The notes below the pieces were generated by a model that was not told the origin of the DNA, ran no database searches, and worked only from the letters and a program-made list of their open reading frames with translations. The translations under genes and the position numbers were made by a program. Below, piece after piece: positions 28,817 through 38,100 of a stretch of 64,000 bases of DNA. Origin of the DNA: a virus; IMG/VR virus record IMGVR_UViG_3300041956_000050, positions 1 through 64,000 of that record, one strand, 5' to 3'. Every line of letters begins with the position of its first letter. Position 1 is the stretch's first letter.

Positions 28817-29266
28817 ATGCCTCAAATCAAGCGGCGTGTAGCGCGCGTCGAAGACTCCGAGAGCGCCGGTCACGGCCGGACTGCGAAACTCGCGGATCAT
28901 CGTGGTACTGCAACAGTGATGTCAAACGGTAACGTCGAGATCGCGGTCCAACTGAGCGAACTCGTTCCGGTGGCGCAGTACGCAAACGTCACAGTCGGCC
29001 CGGTGCTCCTGCGGTGGCAGGCAGAGAACCCCGGCATCGAGAAGCTCGGCACGGTGGACTGGGACGCAGATGACATGACTGCTGAGCAACAGGCGGTCTA
29101 CGACACGGTGCGCGGGTGGCTGCGCGCAACGTCGCGCCTGATCGAGCACAGCATCGCGGAGGATCGCGGGCTGATCGAGGAGTCCGTCCGGCTCCACAAC
29201 GAGCGCGAGGCTGAAGAGGAAGCTGCCAAGGCCAAGAAGTCCTCCTCACCGCGCCGACGCAGGTAA
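28817..29266 (+). CDS. Hypothetical protein
   Basis: SD AGGAG; Arg-rich C-terminus. Confidence 0.7.
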   Translation: MPQIKRRVARVEDSESAGHGRTAKLADHRGTATVMSNGNVEIAVQLSELVPVAQYANVTVGPVLLRWQAENPGIEKLGTVDWDADDMTAEQQAVYDTVRGWLRATSRLIEHSIAEDRGLIEESVRLHNEREAEEEAAKAKKSSSPRRRR

Positions 29267-29270
29267 CACT

Positions 29271-30545
29271 GTGGACATAGAGAGAGCGCTGCTGAGCAAA
29301 GCTCTCGCGACTGGAGAGCTTGCCGAACTGGTCGCTCGTGGTATCGAGTACGACCACTTCGCTGACGAGGATCTAGGCGACCTATACGACTGGGCCACTG
29401 ATGTCATGGCCAAGCACGTGCATCCGCCGTCGATGGCTGCCTCCCGCGAGGAGTTCCCTGACTTCAAACCATTGTTGACAAAGGACCCGCTGTCCTGGCA
29501 TATCGAGCGCTTCGTGCGCCGCGTCAAGGAGCGGATGGCTGTCGAACTGGTACGCAACTACCACGACCAGCTAGAAGACCCGAATGAGATCGATGAGATC
29601 GAGCTACGGGCGCTGGAGATGGCGCGACAGTTGACAGAGGTTGTGCCGTCACCGAAGGCTCGCCGCTTCTCCGAGGGCAAGGCGCGCAAGGAGGAGTACG
29701 AGCGGCGCAAGAAGAAGGACATCATTCATGGCATCCCGCTCGGCATCCCGACGTTCGACAAGCTGACGCTGGGCACGCAGCCGCACGAACTGGTGATTTG
29801 GGGTGGCCCACCTGGCGGCGGCAAGACCACCGGCCTCCAGTACTCCTCGATGCACGGTTACATGCATGGTGAGACGGTGCTGTTCGTCAGCCTGGAGGTT
29901 GAGGCAGAGCAGATCCTCCGGAAGTTCGACACAATGTTGACAAACATCCGCTACCACGCGCTCAAGGCGCTGGATCTGAACCCGGATGAGGAGGAGAAGT
30001 GGCACGAGATCCTTGAGCGTGCCGAGGAGGAGAAGGCGCACCGGGACATCATCATCGTTGACGATATCCGCAACTGCACCGTGGACAAGGTTGCCGCACA
30101 GCAGATCCGCTACAAGCCTGGCCTCGTCGTCGTTGACTACCTTGAGGAGATGCGCACACCGCGCAACGTGGCCGGTTGGGAGGGCGTGGCAGCCAATGGT
30201 CGCGGCCTCAAGCAGCAGGCGCGCACGACCCGCACGCCGTACATCACGGCCACTCAGCTAAACCGTGAGGGCGAGACGGCGTATCAGAGCGCGCAGAAGA
30301 TTGCGGACATGCTCATAGTGTTGGTGCCTCCGGACGAGGACGACGAAGATCCGACGACGATGAAGCTGCTGCTGCGCAAGTACCGCGACGGCCCGTCCCG
30401 CAAGACCGTCAACATGCACTGGGATCTCAACATCATGGACATCCATGAGGCGGATGCTACGACCAACGGGCGCTTCGCTCCGCGCAAGCTCGGGGATCTC
30501 AAGAAGCAGAAGATCAACCCCTGGACGGCGAAGGCCGGACGATGA
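29271..30545 (+). CDS. dnaB: DnaB-like replicative helicase
   Basis: Motifs GPPGGGKT, FVSLE, VVDYL, TQLNR and KYRDG. Confidence 0.92.
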   Translation: MDIERALLSKALATGELAELVARGIEYDHFADEDLGDLYDWATDVMAKHVHPPSMAASREEFPDFKPLLTKDPLSWHIERFVRRVKERMAVELVRNYHDQLEDPNEIDEIELRALEMARQLTEVVPSPKARRFSEGKARKEEYERRKKKDIIHGIPLGIPTFDKLTLGTQPHELVIWGGPPGGGKTTGLQYSSMHGYMHGETVLFVSLEVEAEQILRKFDTMLTNIRYHALKALDLNPDEEEKWHEILERAEEEKAHRDIIIVDDIRNCTVDKVAAQQIRYKPGLVVVDYLEEMRTPRNVAGWEGVAANGRGLKQQARTTRTPYITATQLNREGETAYQSAQKIADMLIVLVPPDEDDEDPTTMKLLLRKYRDGPSRKTVNMHWDLNIMDIHEADATTNGRFAPRKLGDLKKQKINPWTAKAGR

Positions 30546-30549
30546 CCAA

Positions 30550-30620
30550 GCCCGCTAGCACGAAGGTGTGTGCCTCCCCGTTGCTGGGGAGGAGGCAGGA
30601 TTCGATCTCCTGAGCGGGCA
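30550..30620 (+). tRNA. Non-canonical tRNA-like cloverleaf (identity undetermined)
   Basis: Acceptor GCCCGCT/AGCGGGC+A; D-arm GCAC-GAAGGTGT-GTGC; anticodon arm CTCCCC-GTTGCT-GGGGAG; T-arm CAGGA-TTCGATC-TCCTG. Confidence 0.6.
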
Positions 30621-30625
30621 TTGCA

Positions 30626-31405
30626 ATGACTATTTACGTCGATCAGTTTCCTGAGGGTTGGGGCCGCTGGACAGGCGGTGGGCACATGCTCGGCACCGAC
30701 CTTGACGAGCTACACGCCATGGCGGCGCACCTGGGCCTTCGTCTAGCTTGGTTTCAGGACAAGACGTTCGCGCACTACGATCTGACGCGCAGCAAGCGCG
30801 ACAAGGCACTGGCAGCCGGTGCGGTGGCAATTGACTTCTACGATGAGCGCATCCCCGATGGTGTGCTGATGAAGAATGGCGACGGCACTTACGAGACGCA
30901 CGGAGAGAGAATGGCGAGAAGGAATCCGGAGACTTGGTTCACGAAGAGGGAAGGCGGAAAGACAGTTCACAATTGGCCGTCCAACTTCTTCATCGAGCCG
31001 GACGGGACGGATGTCGAGCACGAGTATCAGGCTGAGAAGCATCGCGGCCATCCGTGGCGCGTGAAGACGATCATGTGCGCTCGCACTCCCGGCCAGGCGA
31101 AGCGGCTGGGACGGCGCTGGAAGCTCAACCGCTACCAGAAGATGGAATGGGACAACCGCCGCAATCAGGCGATGTACGAGTTGGTCCGGCGCAAGATCGA
31201 GGACCATCCGGAGATCGCCTTCGCTCTTGTCTGCACTGATGACGAGGTTTTGGTCGAGAAGAACTGGTGGCACGACAACTACTGGGGCGACTGTACTTGT
31301 CTCCAGTGTTTCCGTACTGGCGAGAACATTCTCGGCTACATCCTGATGGCGATCCGCGACGAGTTCAATGCCACGTTCTCTGAGCAAAACGCTCGCGCGG
31401 CTTGA
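30626..31405 (+). CDS. DUF4031-like domain fused to a NADAR (YbiA-like) domain
   Basis: N-terminal IYVD...HM..DLDELHAMA...WFQ...HYDL; C-terminal SNF...VEHEYQAEK...AKRLGR...LVE...DNYWG...GENILGYILMAIR. Confidence 0.85.
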   Translation: MTIYVDQFPEGWGRWTGGGHMLGTDLDELHAMAAHLGLRLAWFQDKTFAHYDLTRSKRDKALAAGAVAIDFYDERIPDGVLMKNGDGTYETHGERMARRNPETWFTKREGGKTVHNWPSNFFIEPDGTDVEHEYQAEKHRGHPWRVKTIMCARTPGQAKRLGRRWKLNRYQKMEWDNRRNQAMYELVRRKIEDHPEIAFALVCTDDEVLVEKNWWHDNYWGDCTCLQCFRTGENILGYILMAIRDEFNATFSEQNARAA

Positions 31406-32525
31406 GCGCGGTGGTGGGCGCAAGCGGAAGGACTCGTTCAACCGCTGGCGTCAACACATCAACGTTATTGACTTCCTAGAGAACCTGAACATCGCCAACA
31501 TCAGCCAGGCGACGGCCGATGAGGTGCAGTTCTCGTGCCCGTTCCCCGACCACACGCACGGCGATGAGACGCCGAGCGCATCGATGAACGACGGCACCAA
31601 GGACCCGATGCTGACGAGCGCGTGGACGTGCTACGGCTGCAAACGTGGCGGCAATGCTGTCACCTTTCTGTCCGACTACGAGAACATCAGCAATCAGGAA
31701 GCCAAGAAGATCCTCAAGGCCCATTATGCGCGCGGGTTCATCTCCCCGAAGTACGGCTCGATCAGCCGCGAGTTCGAGACGCGCTATAAGGCGTCCAAGG
31801 AACGCCACATACCGCAAACACTGTTGGCGATTGAATGGAGCTTGGCCGAGCAATTCGAGGTCGAGTGGAGTCATTACGCCGAAAACTACCGGGATTCTCC
31901 CGATGTTGCCTTCATGCTTGACAGAGGCTTTTCCCCTGCTGTGCTGGAGGAATGGGGAATCGGCTACGACGACAGTTCTCAGCGCATCACGATCCCCGTC
32001 TGCGACCCGCACGGCAACCTCGTGGGGTTCAAGGGGCGCGCGTGGAGGAAGCACGCCAGGCCGAAGTACCTCGTCATGGGCAACAAGGGTGAGCGCAAGC
32101 GCTACGACTTCAACGTCTATGACAAGTCGCTTGTCGTCTTTGGCCTGGATCGGTGGGGCGAAGTAGATCGCTACGTGTTGGTCGAGGGCGAGCTAGACGT
32201 GATCGCGCTGTGGTGCATGGACATCCCGGCGATCTCCTGCGGCGGCAGCACCATGAGCGTGGAGCAGGCCAAGCTGATCCGGCAGTATTGCGACGAGGTG
32301 GTCCTGTTTTTTGACAACGATGCTGCCGGGAAGATCGGAGTCTACGGGCGCGAGGACAAGCACGGCGAGCACCACCCTGGAATCCTCGAACTGCTGGAGC
32401 CGCACCTGCGCGTCCGTGTCGTCGGCAAACACCGCTACGACGCCAACGACTACCTGCGGCGCGGTGAGCAGGCTCGGTGCCGTGATCTGATCGCTAGCGC
32501 AAAGTCCAGCCATGCGCTAGTATGA
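31368..32525 (+). CDS. dnaG: DnaG-type DNA primase
   Basis: Zinc finger CPFPDH..DETPS..CYGC; motifs GFKGR and PKYL; TOPRIM LVEGELD...FDNDAAG. Confidence 0.92.
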   Translation: MPRSLSKTLARLERGGGRKRKDSFNRWRQHINVIDFLENLNIANISQATADEVQFSCPFPDHTHGDETPSASMNDGTKDPMLTSAWTCYGCKRGGNAVTFLSDYENISNQEAKKILKAHYARGFISPKYGSISREFETRYKASKERHIPQTLLAIEWSLAEQFEVEWSHYAENYRDSPDVAFMLDRGFSPAVLEEWGIGYDDSSQRITIPVCDPHGNLVGFKGRAWRKHARPKYLVMGNKGERKRYDFNVYDKSLVVFGLDRWGEVDRYVLVEGELDVIALWCMDIPAISCGGSTMSVEQAKLIRQYCDEVVLFFDNDAAGKIGVYGREDKHGEHHPGILELLEPHLRVRVVGKHRYDANDYLRRGEQARCRDLIASAKSSHALV

Positions 32526-32602
32526 TCGCAGCGCTACGGAGAGCGACCAAAGCGACCAGAGCGAACAGAGCGATGAAAGCAACCAACAGCAAGGAGCAGT
32601 GA
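32522..32602 (+). repeat. Five tandem 9-bp repeats; possible 26-aa coupled mini-ORF
   Basis: AGAGCGACC AAAGCGACC AGAGCGAAC AGAGCGATG AAAGCAACC at 32540-32584; ORF MIAALRRATKATRANRAMKATNSKEQ*. Confidence 0.6.
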
Positions 32603-33501
32603 TGGCAGCGCCAAGCAGGCGTCGGCGTACCTCCAGCAGCGGCGGACGCGGCCTCGGCAACGTCGAGGAGAACATCAAGAAGTCCGCCCGCAAGTTCAAG
32701 AAGCCCGACTGGGTGACCATCGAGGACGGCGGATCAACGGTCGTGCGCGTCGTGGACGTGGGCGACGACTTCCGTGATGGATTCGTGCATCCGGTCGAGT
32801 TCTCGCCCAAGCGGGGCAAGAGCTTCACACGAGATGTCATGTGTCTTGACCAGAACGACGACGGTACGCCGTGTCCCGGCTGCCGCGACGATCTGGAGCG
32901 CCGGTACAAGTTCTGGTGCCGCGTGATCGAGCGCGAAGCTGAAGTCCAGAACGACTCCGGCAAGACCACCGGCTACGAGGATCGCGTCAAGATTCTTTCC
33001 AGCGGCAAGCGGCTGGCCGGTGCGCTGAACAAGAAGCAGAAGAAGCACGATCTGTCTGAGCGCGATGTCGAGATCGAGCGTGAGGGCACCGGCTGGGATA
33101 CCGACTACGCTGTCGAGTGGGTTGATGACAAGGATGTTCCGCTCACCGACGAGGAAGTCCAGATGATCGAGGACTCCGACATCGATCTGGACCGATATGC
33201 CAGCATTCCTGACTTCGACGACTTCTACGAGTTGCCGGATCGGGACAGCGACAGCGATGACGAAGACAAGCCGAGCGCCAACGCGCGGCGGCGTGGCTCG
33301 GCGTTCGCCGGTCGCAAGGGCCGTTCCCAGCGAACTAGCAGGAATGGCGACAGCGATGACGACGACGATGACGACGATGACGAGCGTCCGCGTCGGCGTC
33401 GGGCGGTAAAGCCTCGGGGCGGGCTTGCCGATATCAAGAAGCGCAAGCAAGCGGGTGGTGGCGACAGCAAGCCCGCGATTCGTCGTCGGCGCTCACGCTG
33501 A
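32602..33501 (+). CDS. gp32-like single-stranded DNA-binding protein
   Basis: Pattern VRVV...H...C...CPGC...VIER...DVEIEREG.G.DTDY; acidic tract followed by a basic tail. Confidence 0.75.
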   Translation: MAAPSRRRRTSSSGGRGLGNVEENIKKSARKFKKPDWVTIEDGGSTVVRVVDVGDDFRDGFVHPVEFSPKRGKSFTRDVMCLDQNDDGTPCPGCRDDLERRYKFWCRVIEREAEVQNDSGKTTGYEDRVKILSSGKRLAGALNKKQKKHDLSERDVEIEREGTGWDTDYAVEWVDDKDVPLTDEEVQMIEDSDIDLDRYASIPDFDDFYELPDRDSDSDDEDKPSANARRRGSAFAGRKGRSQRTSRNGDSDDDDDDDDDERPRRRRAVKPRGGLADIKKRKQAGGGDSKPAIRRRRSR

Positions 33502-33536
33502 CGTATACTCTCACGCTCTCTGAAAGGAGCACCGAA

Positions 33537-33989
33537 GTGGCCCAGTCAAACATCTACGCACAGAAGGAGAACGGCGATCTCCGGCTCATCGCAGAGATCG
33601 AAGGTCTGAGCGATCCCGCGATGGCCGTCGATGCCCTGCTCGATGAGATGCCGCGCCTCAAGCAGCGCGAGTTCATCGTCATCGATCTTGACAACGTGAT
33701 GCTGGTCGAGGCGGGCGACGAGATCGTCCAGCCGCGTCGGCAGATCGTCGTCAGCAATGGCGGCAATATCTCAGGCGCTGCGGTGGCTGCGCCGGAGGAG
33801 GACGAGACGGAGCCGGAGGAGGAGCCGGAGGCCGAAGCTCCCCCGAAGCCCGCGCCCAAGCGCCGTCAGAGCGGGCGTTCGCGCGCCAAGCCCGCCAGCA
33901 ATGGCAAGACCACGGCTCGACGCGGCAGTGGCAGCCGTCGCCGGGGCGGTGGGTCGGCGTTCAAGAAGAACGCGGCCTCGGCTGACTGA
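33537..33989 (+). CDS. Hypothetical protein with acidic then basic disordered tail
   Basis: SD AAAGGAG; TATACT -10 upstream. Confidence 0.7.
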   Translation: MAQSNIYAQKENGDLRLIAEIEGLSDPAMAVDALLDEMPRLKQREFIVIDLDNVMLVEAGDEIVQPRRQIVVSNGGNISGAAVAAPEEDETEPEEEPEAEAPPKPAPKRRQSGRSRAKPASNGKTTARRGSGSRRRGGGSAFKKNAASAD

Positions 33990-34009
33990 TCGTCGTCAAC
34001 ATGGCTGAC

Positions 34010-34041
34010 AAGGGCGTTGCTTCTCAGGAGGCAGCGCCCTT
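34010..34041 (+). terminator. Intrinsic terminator-like hairpin
   Basis: AAGGGCGTTGCTTC-TCAG-GAGGCAGCGCCCTT. Confidence 0.6.
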
Positions 34042-34062
34042 CGTCGTTCTGAAAGGGATGAT

Positions 34063-34401
34063 ATGGCAACACGCTTGCTAGAAACGAAGAAACCAACGCC
34101 GCTGAGCACGCACGCGCTGGCAGCATTCATGACGTGGAAGCAGTTCGATCTCCTCCTGCTGCTCAAGACCGAGGGTCCGGCAGTGACAGGGCCGTTGTCA
34201 GAAGATCTGGAGGAGATCCTGAAGTACGACCAGAAGCACGGTGGTGCGTTCTACGCGAGCGCTTCCTGGGACTCCACGTACTCGTGCCTGTCAACACTGC
34301 ACAAGCGCAGGCTCGTTGACAAGTACATCAATGATGCCACGAACTACGTCGAGTGGGCGATCACCGACCGTGGCCGCAAAGCGCTGGCGGGTCTGGAATG
34401 A
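34063..34401 (+). CDS. Winged-helix-like hypothetical protein
   Basis: LSTLHKRRLVDK...WAITDRGRKAL. Confidence 0.6.
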   Translation: MATRLLETKKPTPLSTHALAAFMTWKQFDLLLLLKTEGPAVTGPLSEDLEEILKYDQKHGGAFYASASWDSTYSCLSTLHKRRLVDKYINDATNYVEWAITDRGRKALAGLE

Positions 34402-34565
34402 GTGAGCGTCATGAGGTGGCAGTCAAGCTCGACCGCGAGGAGCTTCACTTGCTCGTTACGTGGGGCTATGCCATCCGTAGTGCTGACACTGACAGTTTCA
34501 GTGAGGCTGAGCACAAGCTGCTTGGTAAGCTCAAGGCACTGCGGGACGAGAGACTGGTGCTCTGA
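34398..34565 (+). CDS. Small hypothetical protein
   Basis: ATGA and TGATG coupling on both sides. Confidence 0.5.
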   Translation: MSERHEVAVKLDREELHLLVTWGYAIRSADTDSFSEAEHKLLGKLKALRDERLVL

Positions 34566-34783
34566 TGATTGAGGAACCGACCCCTGACGGTGTTCCTTGT
34601 CGCCACTGTGGACAACCGATCTTTTGGGATGAGGTCTGCTGGGTCCATGACAATGGCTTCGCTGACTGTGGCCTGGTGATCCAGGGCGGGATGCGCTTCG
34701 GCTCGGTCATACTCGACCCGCAGATGGACGTGCAAGGCCCTCACGCCGGAAAGCGTGCAGAGCCGGTGGGGGATTGGTCATAA
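34565..34783 (+). CDS. Small Zn-finger-like protein
   Basis: CRHCGQPI...WVH...C. Confidence 0.55.
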   Translation: MIEEPTPDGVPCRHCGQPIFWDEVCWVHDNGFADCGLVIQGGMRFGSVILDPQMDVQGPHAGKRAEPVGDWS

Positions 34784-34930
34784 TGCGCGCATGCAGTCCA
34801 ACGGAAAGCCCGAACGAACCCTAGAATCCAAGATCGAGACGCACGTCTTGCCCTTCCTCTACGCTGTTGCAGTAGTGTTGGCATGTCTGTTGTTGCTGGC
34901 GCTCGTCGTGATGGCGTGGAAGGAGGCGTT

Positions 34931-35179
34931 GTGAGCGGAGTTCCCTACCATCTGCTGCGCTGTCCAACCTGCGGCGGCATCATGGGTCATGAGGTGCGGT
35001 GGTACGAGGACAACGACGAGTCGTGGATGCTTGTGGGTGCGCTCTCCAGAGAGGTGATCACGTCACACAGGTTCCCATACTTGACATGTTGTCACGGACA
35101 CCGTTGGACGATCAAGCAGATCACTCGATCTGACAATGCTCCTGACGAGGTTCTACTGGGGGAACTGATCTTTGATTGA
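34931..35179 (+). CDS. Small Zn-ribbon protein
   Basis: SD AGGAGG; CPTCG...CCHGHRW. Confidence 0.55.
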   Translation: MSGVPYHLLRCPTCGGIMGHEVRWYEDNDESWMLVGALSREVITSHRFPYLTCCHGHRWTIKQITRSDNAPDEVLLGELIFD

Positions 35180-38100
35180 CTACGCCGGTCACTTCCACAC
35201 GCACGACGAGTACTCGCCGCTCGACGGCGCTGGTACGCGCAACCAACTGACCTACCAGGCCGCTCGGCACGGCCAGACCCATCTCGGCATCACCAACCAC
35301 GGCAGGCTCGGCGGCGTGCTGGAGCACGTGGAGGCGTGTCGTCATCCAGAGAAGTACGAAGACCCGCTTGAAGGCGGGCAAAGAAGTAAAGAGGAGCGAC
35401 TTATCCCGATCCTGGGGATGGAGGCGTTCTACCGGCCGGATCGCTTCATGGAGTGCGATTCCACGTGGGCCAACCATCTGTGCCTGCACGCGGCCTCCCT
35501 GCGCGGCTGGCGCACGCTGATGCGGCTGAGCAGCAAGTCGTGGATCAAGCGCGAGAAGGGTGGCGGTTTCTACGGTAAGGCTGTCATCGACCTTGACATG
35601 CTGGAGTGGGATTGCGAGGACATCATCATCTCGACAGCATGCTTGGCATCACCGTTGTCGCAGTTGATCCTGGCTGGGGATGAGAGCGGCGCTCGCGCAT
35701 GGATCATGGACATGAAGGATCTGACTGGCGACCGGCTGTGGCTGGAGATCATGCCGCACGATCTGGAGGAGCAGCGGATCGTCAACATCGGCCTTGCCAA
35801 CCTCGGGGAAGATACGTCAACAGGATTGATGGTCACTGGCGACGTGCATATCCCGTTCCGTAACTGGAAGCGCACGCACGCTGTCCTGCGGATGGCGAGC
35901 TACAAGCAGACGTTCTCCAAGCGCGACACGAAGAAGCTGGCCGGTGAAGATGTCTACACGGAGGACATCGATACGGTGTTCCTGTCGTCGGCGGACGAGT
36001 TGATCCAGATGTTCGGTGAGTATCACCCGGATCTGCCGAGCGACATCGTTGCGGAGGCGCTTGGCAATACGCGCGAGTTCGCCCGTCAGGTGCGCTGGTA
36101 TGTGATCGGCAAGACCACGAAGGCCCCGAAGGTCGGCGTCGATGCCGTCGCCATGGTCGAGAAGTGGATGGACGATGGCTGGGAGGAGATTCTTGACAGC
36201 TATCCTGACAGCCATTGGGAGAAGTGGCCGCAGGAGCAGTACCTGAGCCAGATGGAGTTCGAGTTCGGCGTGCTCAAGGAGAAGGATGTCCTCGACTACT
36301 TCTACATCGTCGGTGACTTCGTGCGGTGGGCCAAGAGCGATCTACCGCTTCCTGTCAGGATGCCTGATGGATCGCTGTACTTCCCGCCTGGCGAGAAGAA
36401 GAAGCCGATCCGAGTGGGCCTGGGGAGGGGCAGCGCCGCAGGCTGCATCATCTCGCGGCTGATCGGCATCACTGCCATCGATCCGATCCCGCACAAGCTC
36501 AGCTTCGAGCGCTTCATGAACCCGGATCGTGAGGGCTACCCTGACATCGATATTGACTTCGCTTCCGGTGGCCGCGATCTCGTCAAGGAATACCTGCGCG
36601 TCGTCTACGGCCATGACCACGTGGCCGACATCATTGCTTACCAGACGTTCGCACCGAAGATCACGATCCGCGACATCGGCGTCGTCTATGACGTGGACTA
36701 CGGCAGGCTGAACACGATCACTGAAAGCATTGGCGACACCGAGCGCGGCCTGGAGAAGATCGCAGAGAACAACGAGCTTGTCGCCGCCTTCAAGCGTGAC
36801 TTCCCAAAGCCGTGGCGCGACATGTGCCGTCTGGAGCACCAGATCCTGCGCGACACCCGGCACGCTGGTGGCGTCGTAATCACCGACCGGCCGATCAACT
36901 ACTACGCGCCGACACAGACCGGCAAGGATCAGGAAACAATTGTGACAGCTTGGTCGGACAGGATCGAGTTCCCGATCATGTCCAACTACGGCTTCCTCAA
37001 GTACGACATCCTAGGTGTCACTAGCCTCGACAAACAGGATTACGCCATCGATCTGATCCGTGAGCACTACAACGAGGACGTAGAGCCGAACGATCTGCCG
37101 TTCCTGCGCGATCCCTACGATGTGGACGGCCCGGTGATGGACGCCTTTGTCAAGGGCCTGACGTGGGGCATCTTCCAGTTCTCCGGCCGGGGCATCACGC
37201 AGTTCCTCCGTCATGTCAAGCCTGAGAATACGGTCGAGATCGCCGCCTGCAATGCGCTCTACCGGCCGGGTGCGATGAAGTACGCCTTCGAGTACGGCGA
37301 CCGCAAGAAGGACCCGCGCAAGATCACCTACGCTCACGAGTCGCTGGAGCCAGTGTTGTCAGAGACGCTGGGGCTGATCGCCTTCCAAGAGCAGGTGATG
37401 GAGATCTGCAAGGTCGTCGGCAACTTCACCGGGGCGCAGGCCGACTTCATGCGCAAGGCCGTCAGTAAGCTTTACCGTCTCGGCAAGGAAGAGGCGCAGG
37501 CCGAGATGGCTCCGTTCAAGGAGCAGTTCATGCAGGGCTGCCGCGACAACGGTATCAAGGATGCTGACGGCGAACTGATGTGGAGCTACATCCTTGAGTG
37601 GGGCGGCTACGGATTCAACCGCAGCCACAGCGATTCCTACGGCCTCCAGGCATGCCAGGACATGTGGCTCAAGATCAACTTCCCGCTCGCGCTCTACGCA
37701 TCGGTGCTGACGACGGACAGCAAGGCCAAGAAGGAGGAGCAGCGCCGGTTCCTCAAGAATGGTCTGCGCGAGGCGGCATACTTCGGCATCGAGGCGCTCG
37801 GTCCTGATGTAAACAGAAGCGACGTGGGGTGGACGATTGACAATGGGAAGCTTCGCTACGGACTCGTATCGGTTACCGGCATGGGAACTGGACTGGCGCA
37901 CGACATCATCGACAACCGTGCATACAACGACTACGACGATTTTATCGAGCGCATGCCGACCGGATTTGGTGCTGACAAGATGGTTGCCTTGGCCCAAGGT
38001 GGAGCGTTCGATGGCATCGAGGATCGGGAACTACTTCTTTCGCTGACTCGCCAGTGGGGCGATAACGTCTCCAAGCTCAAGGCCACGATGTCGTGTGGGT

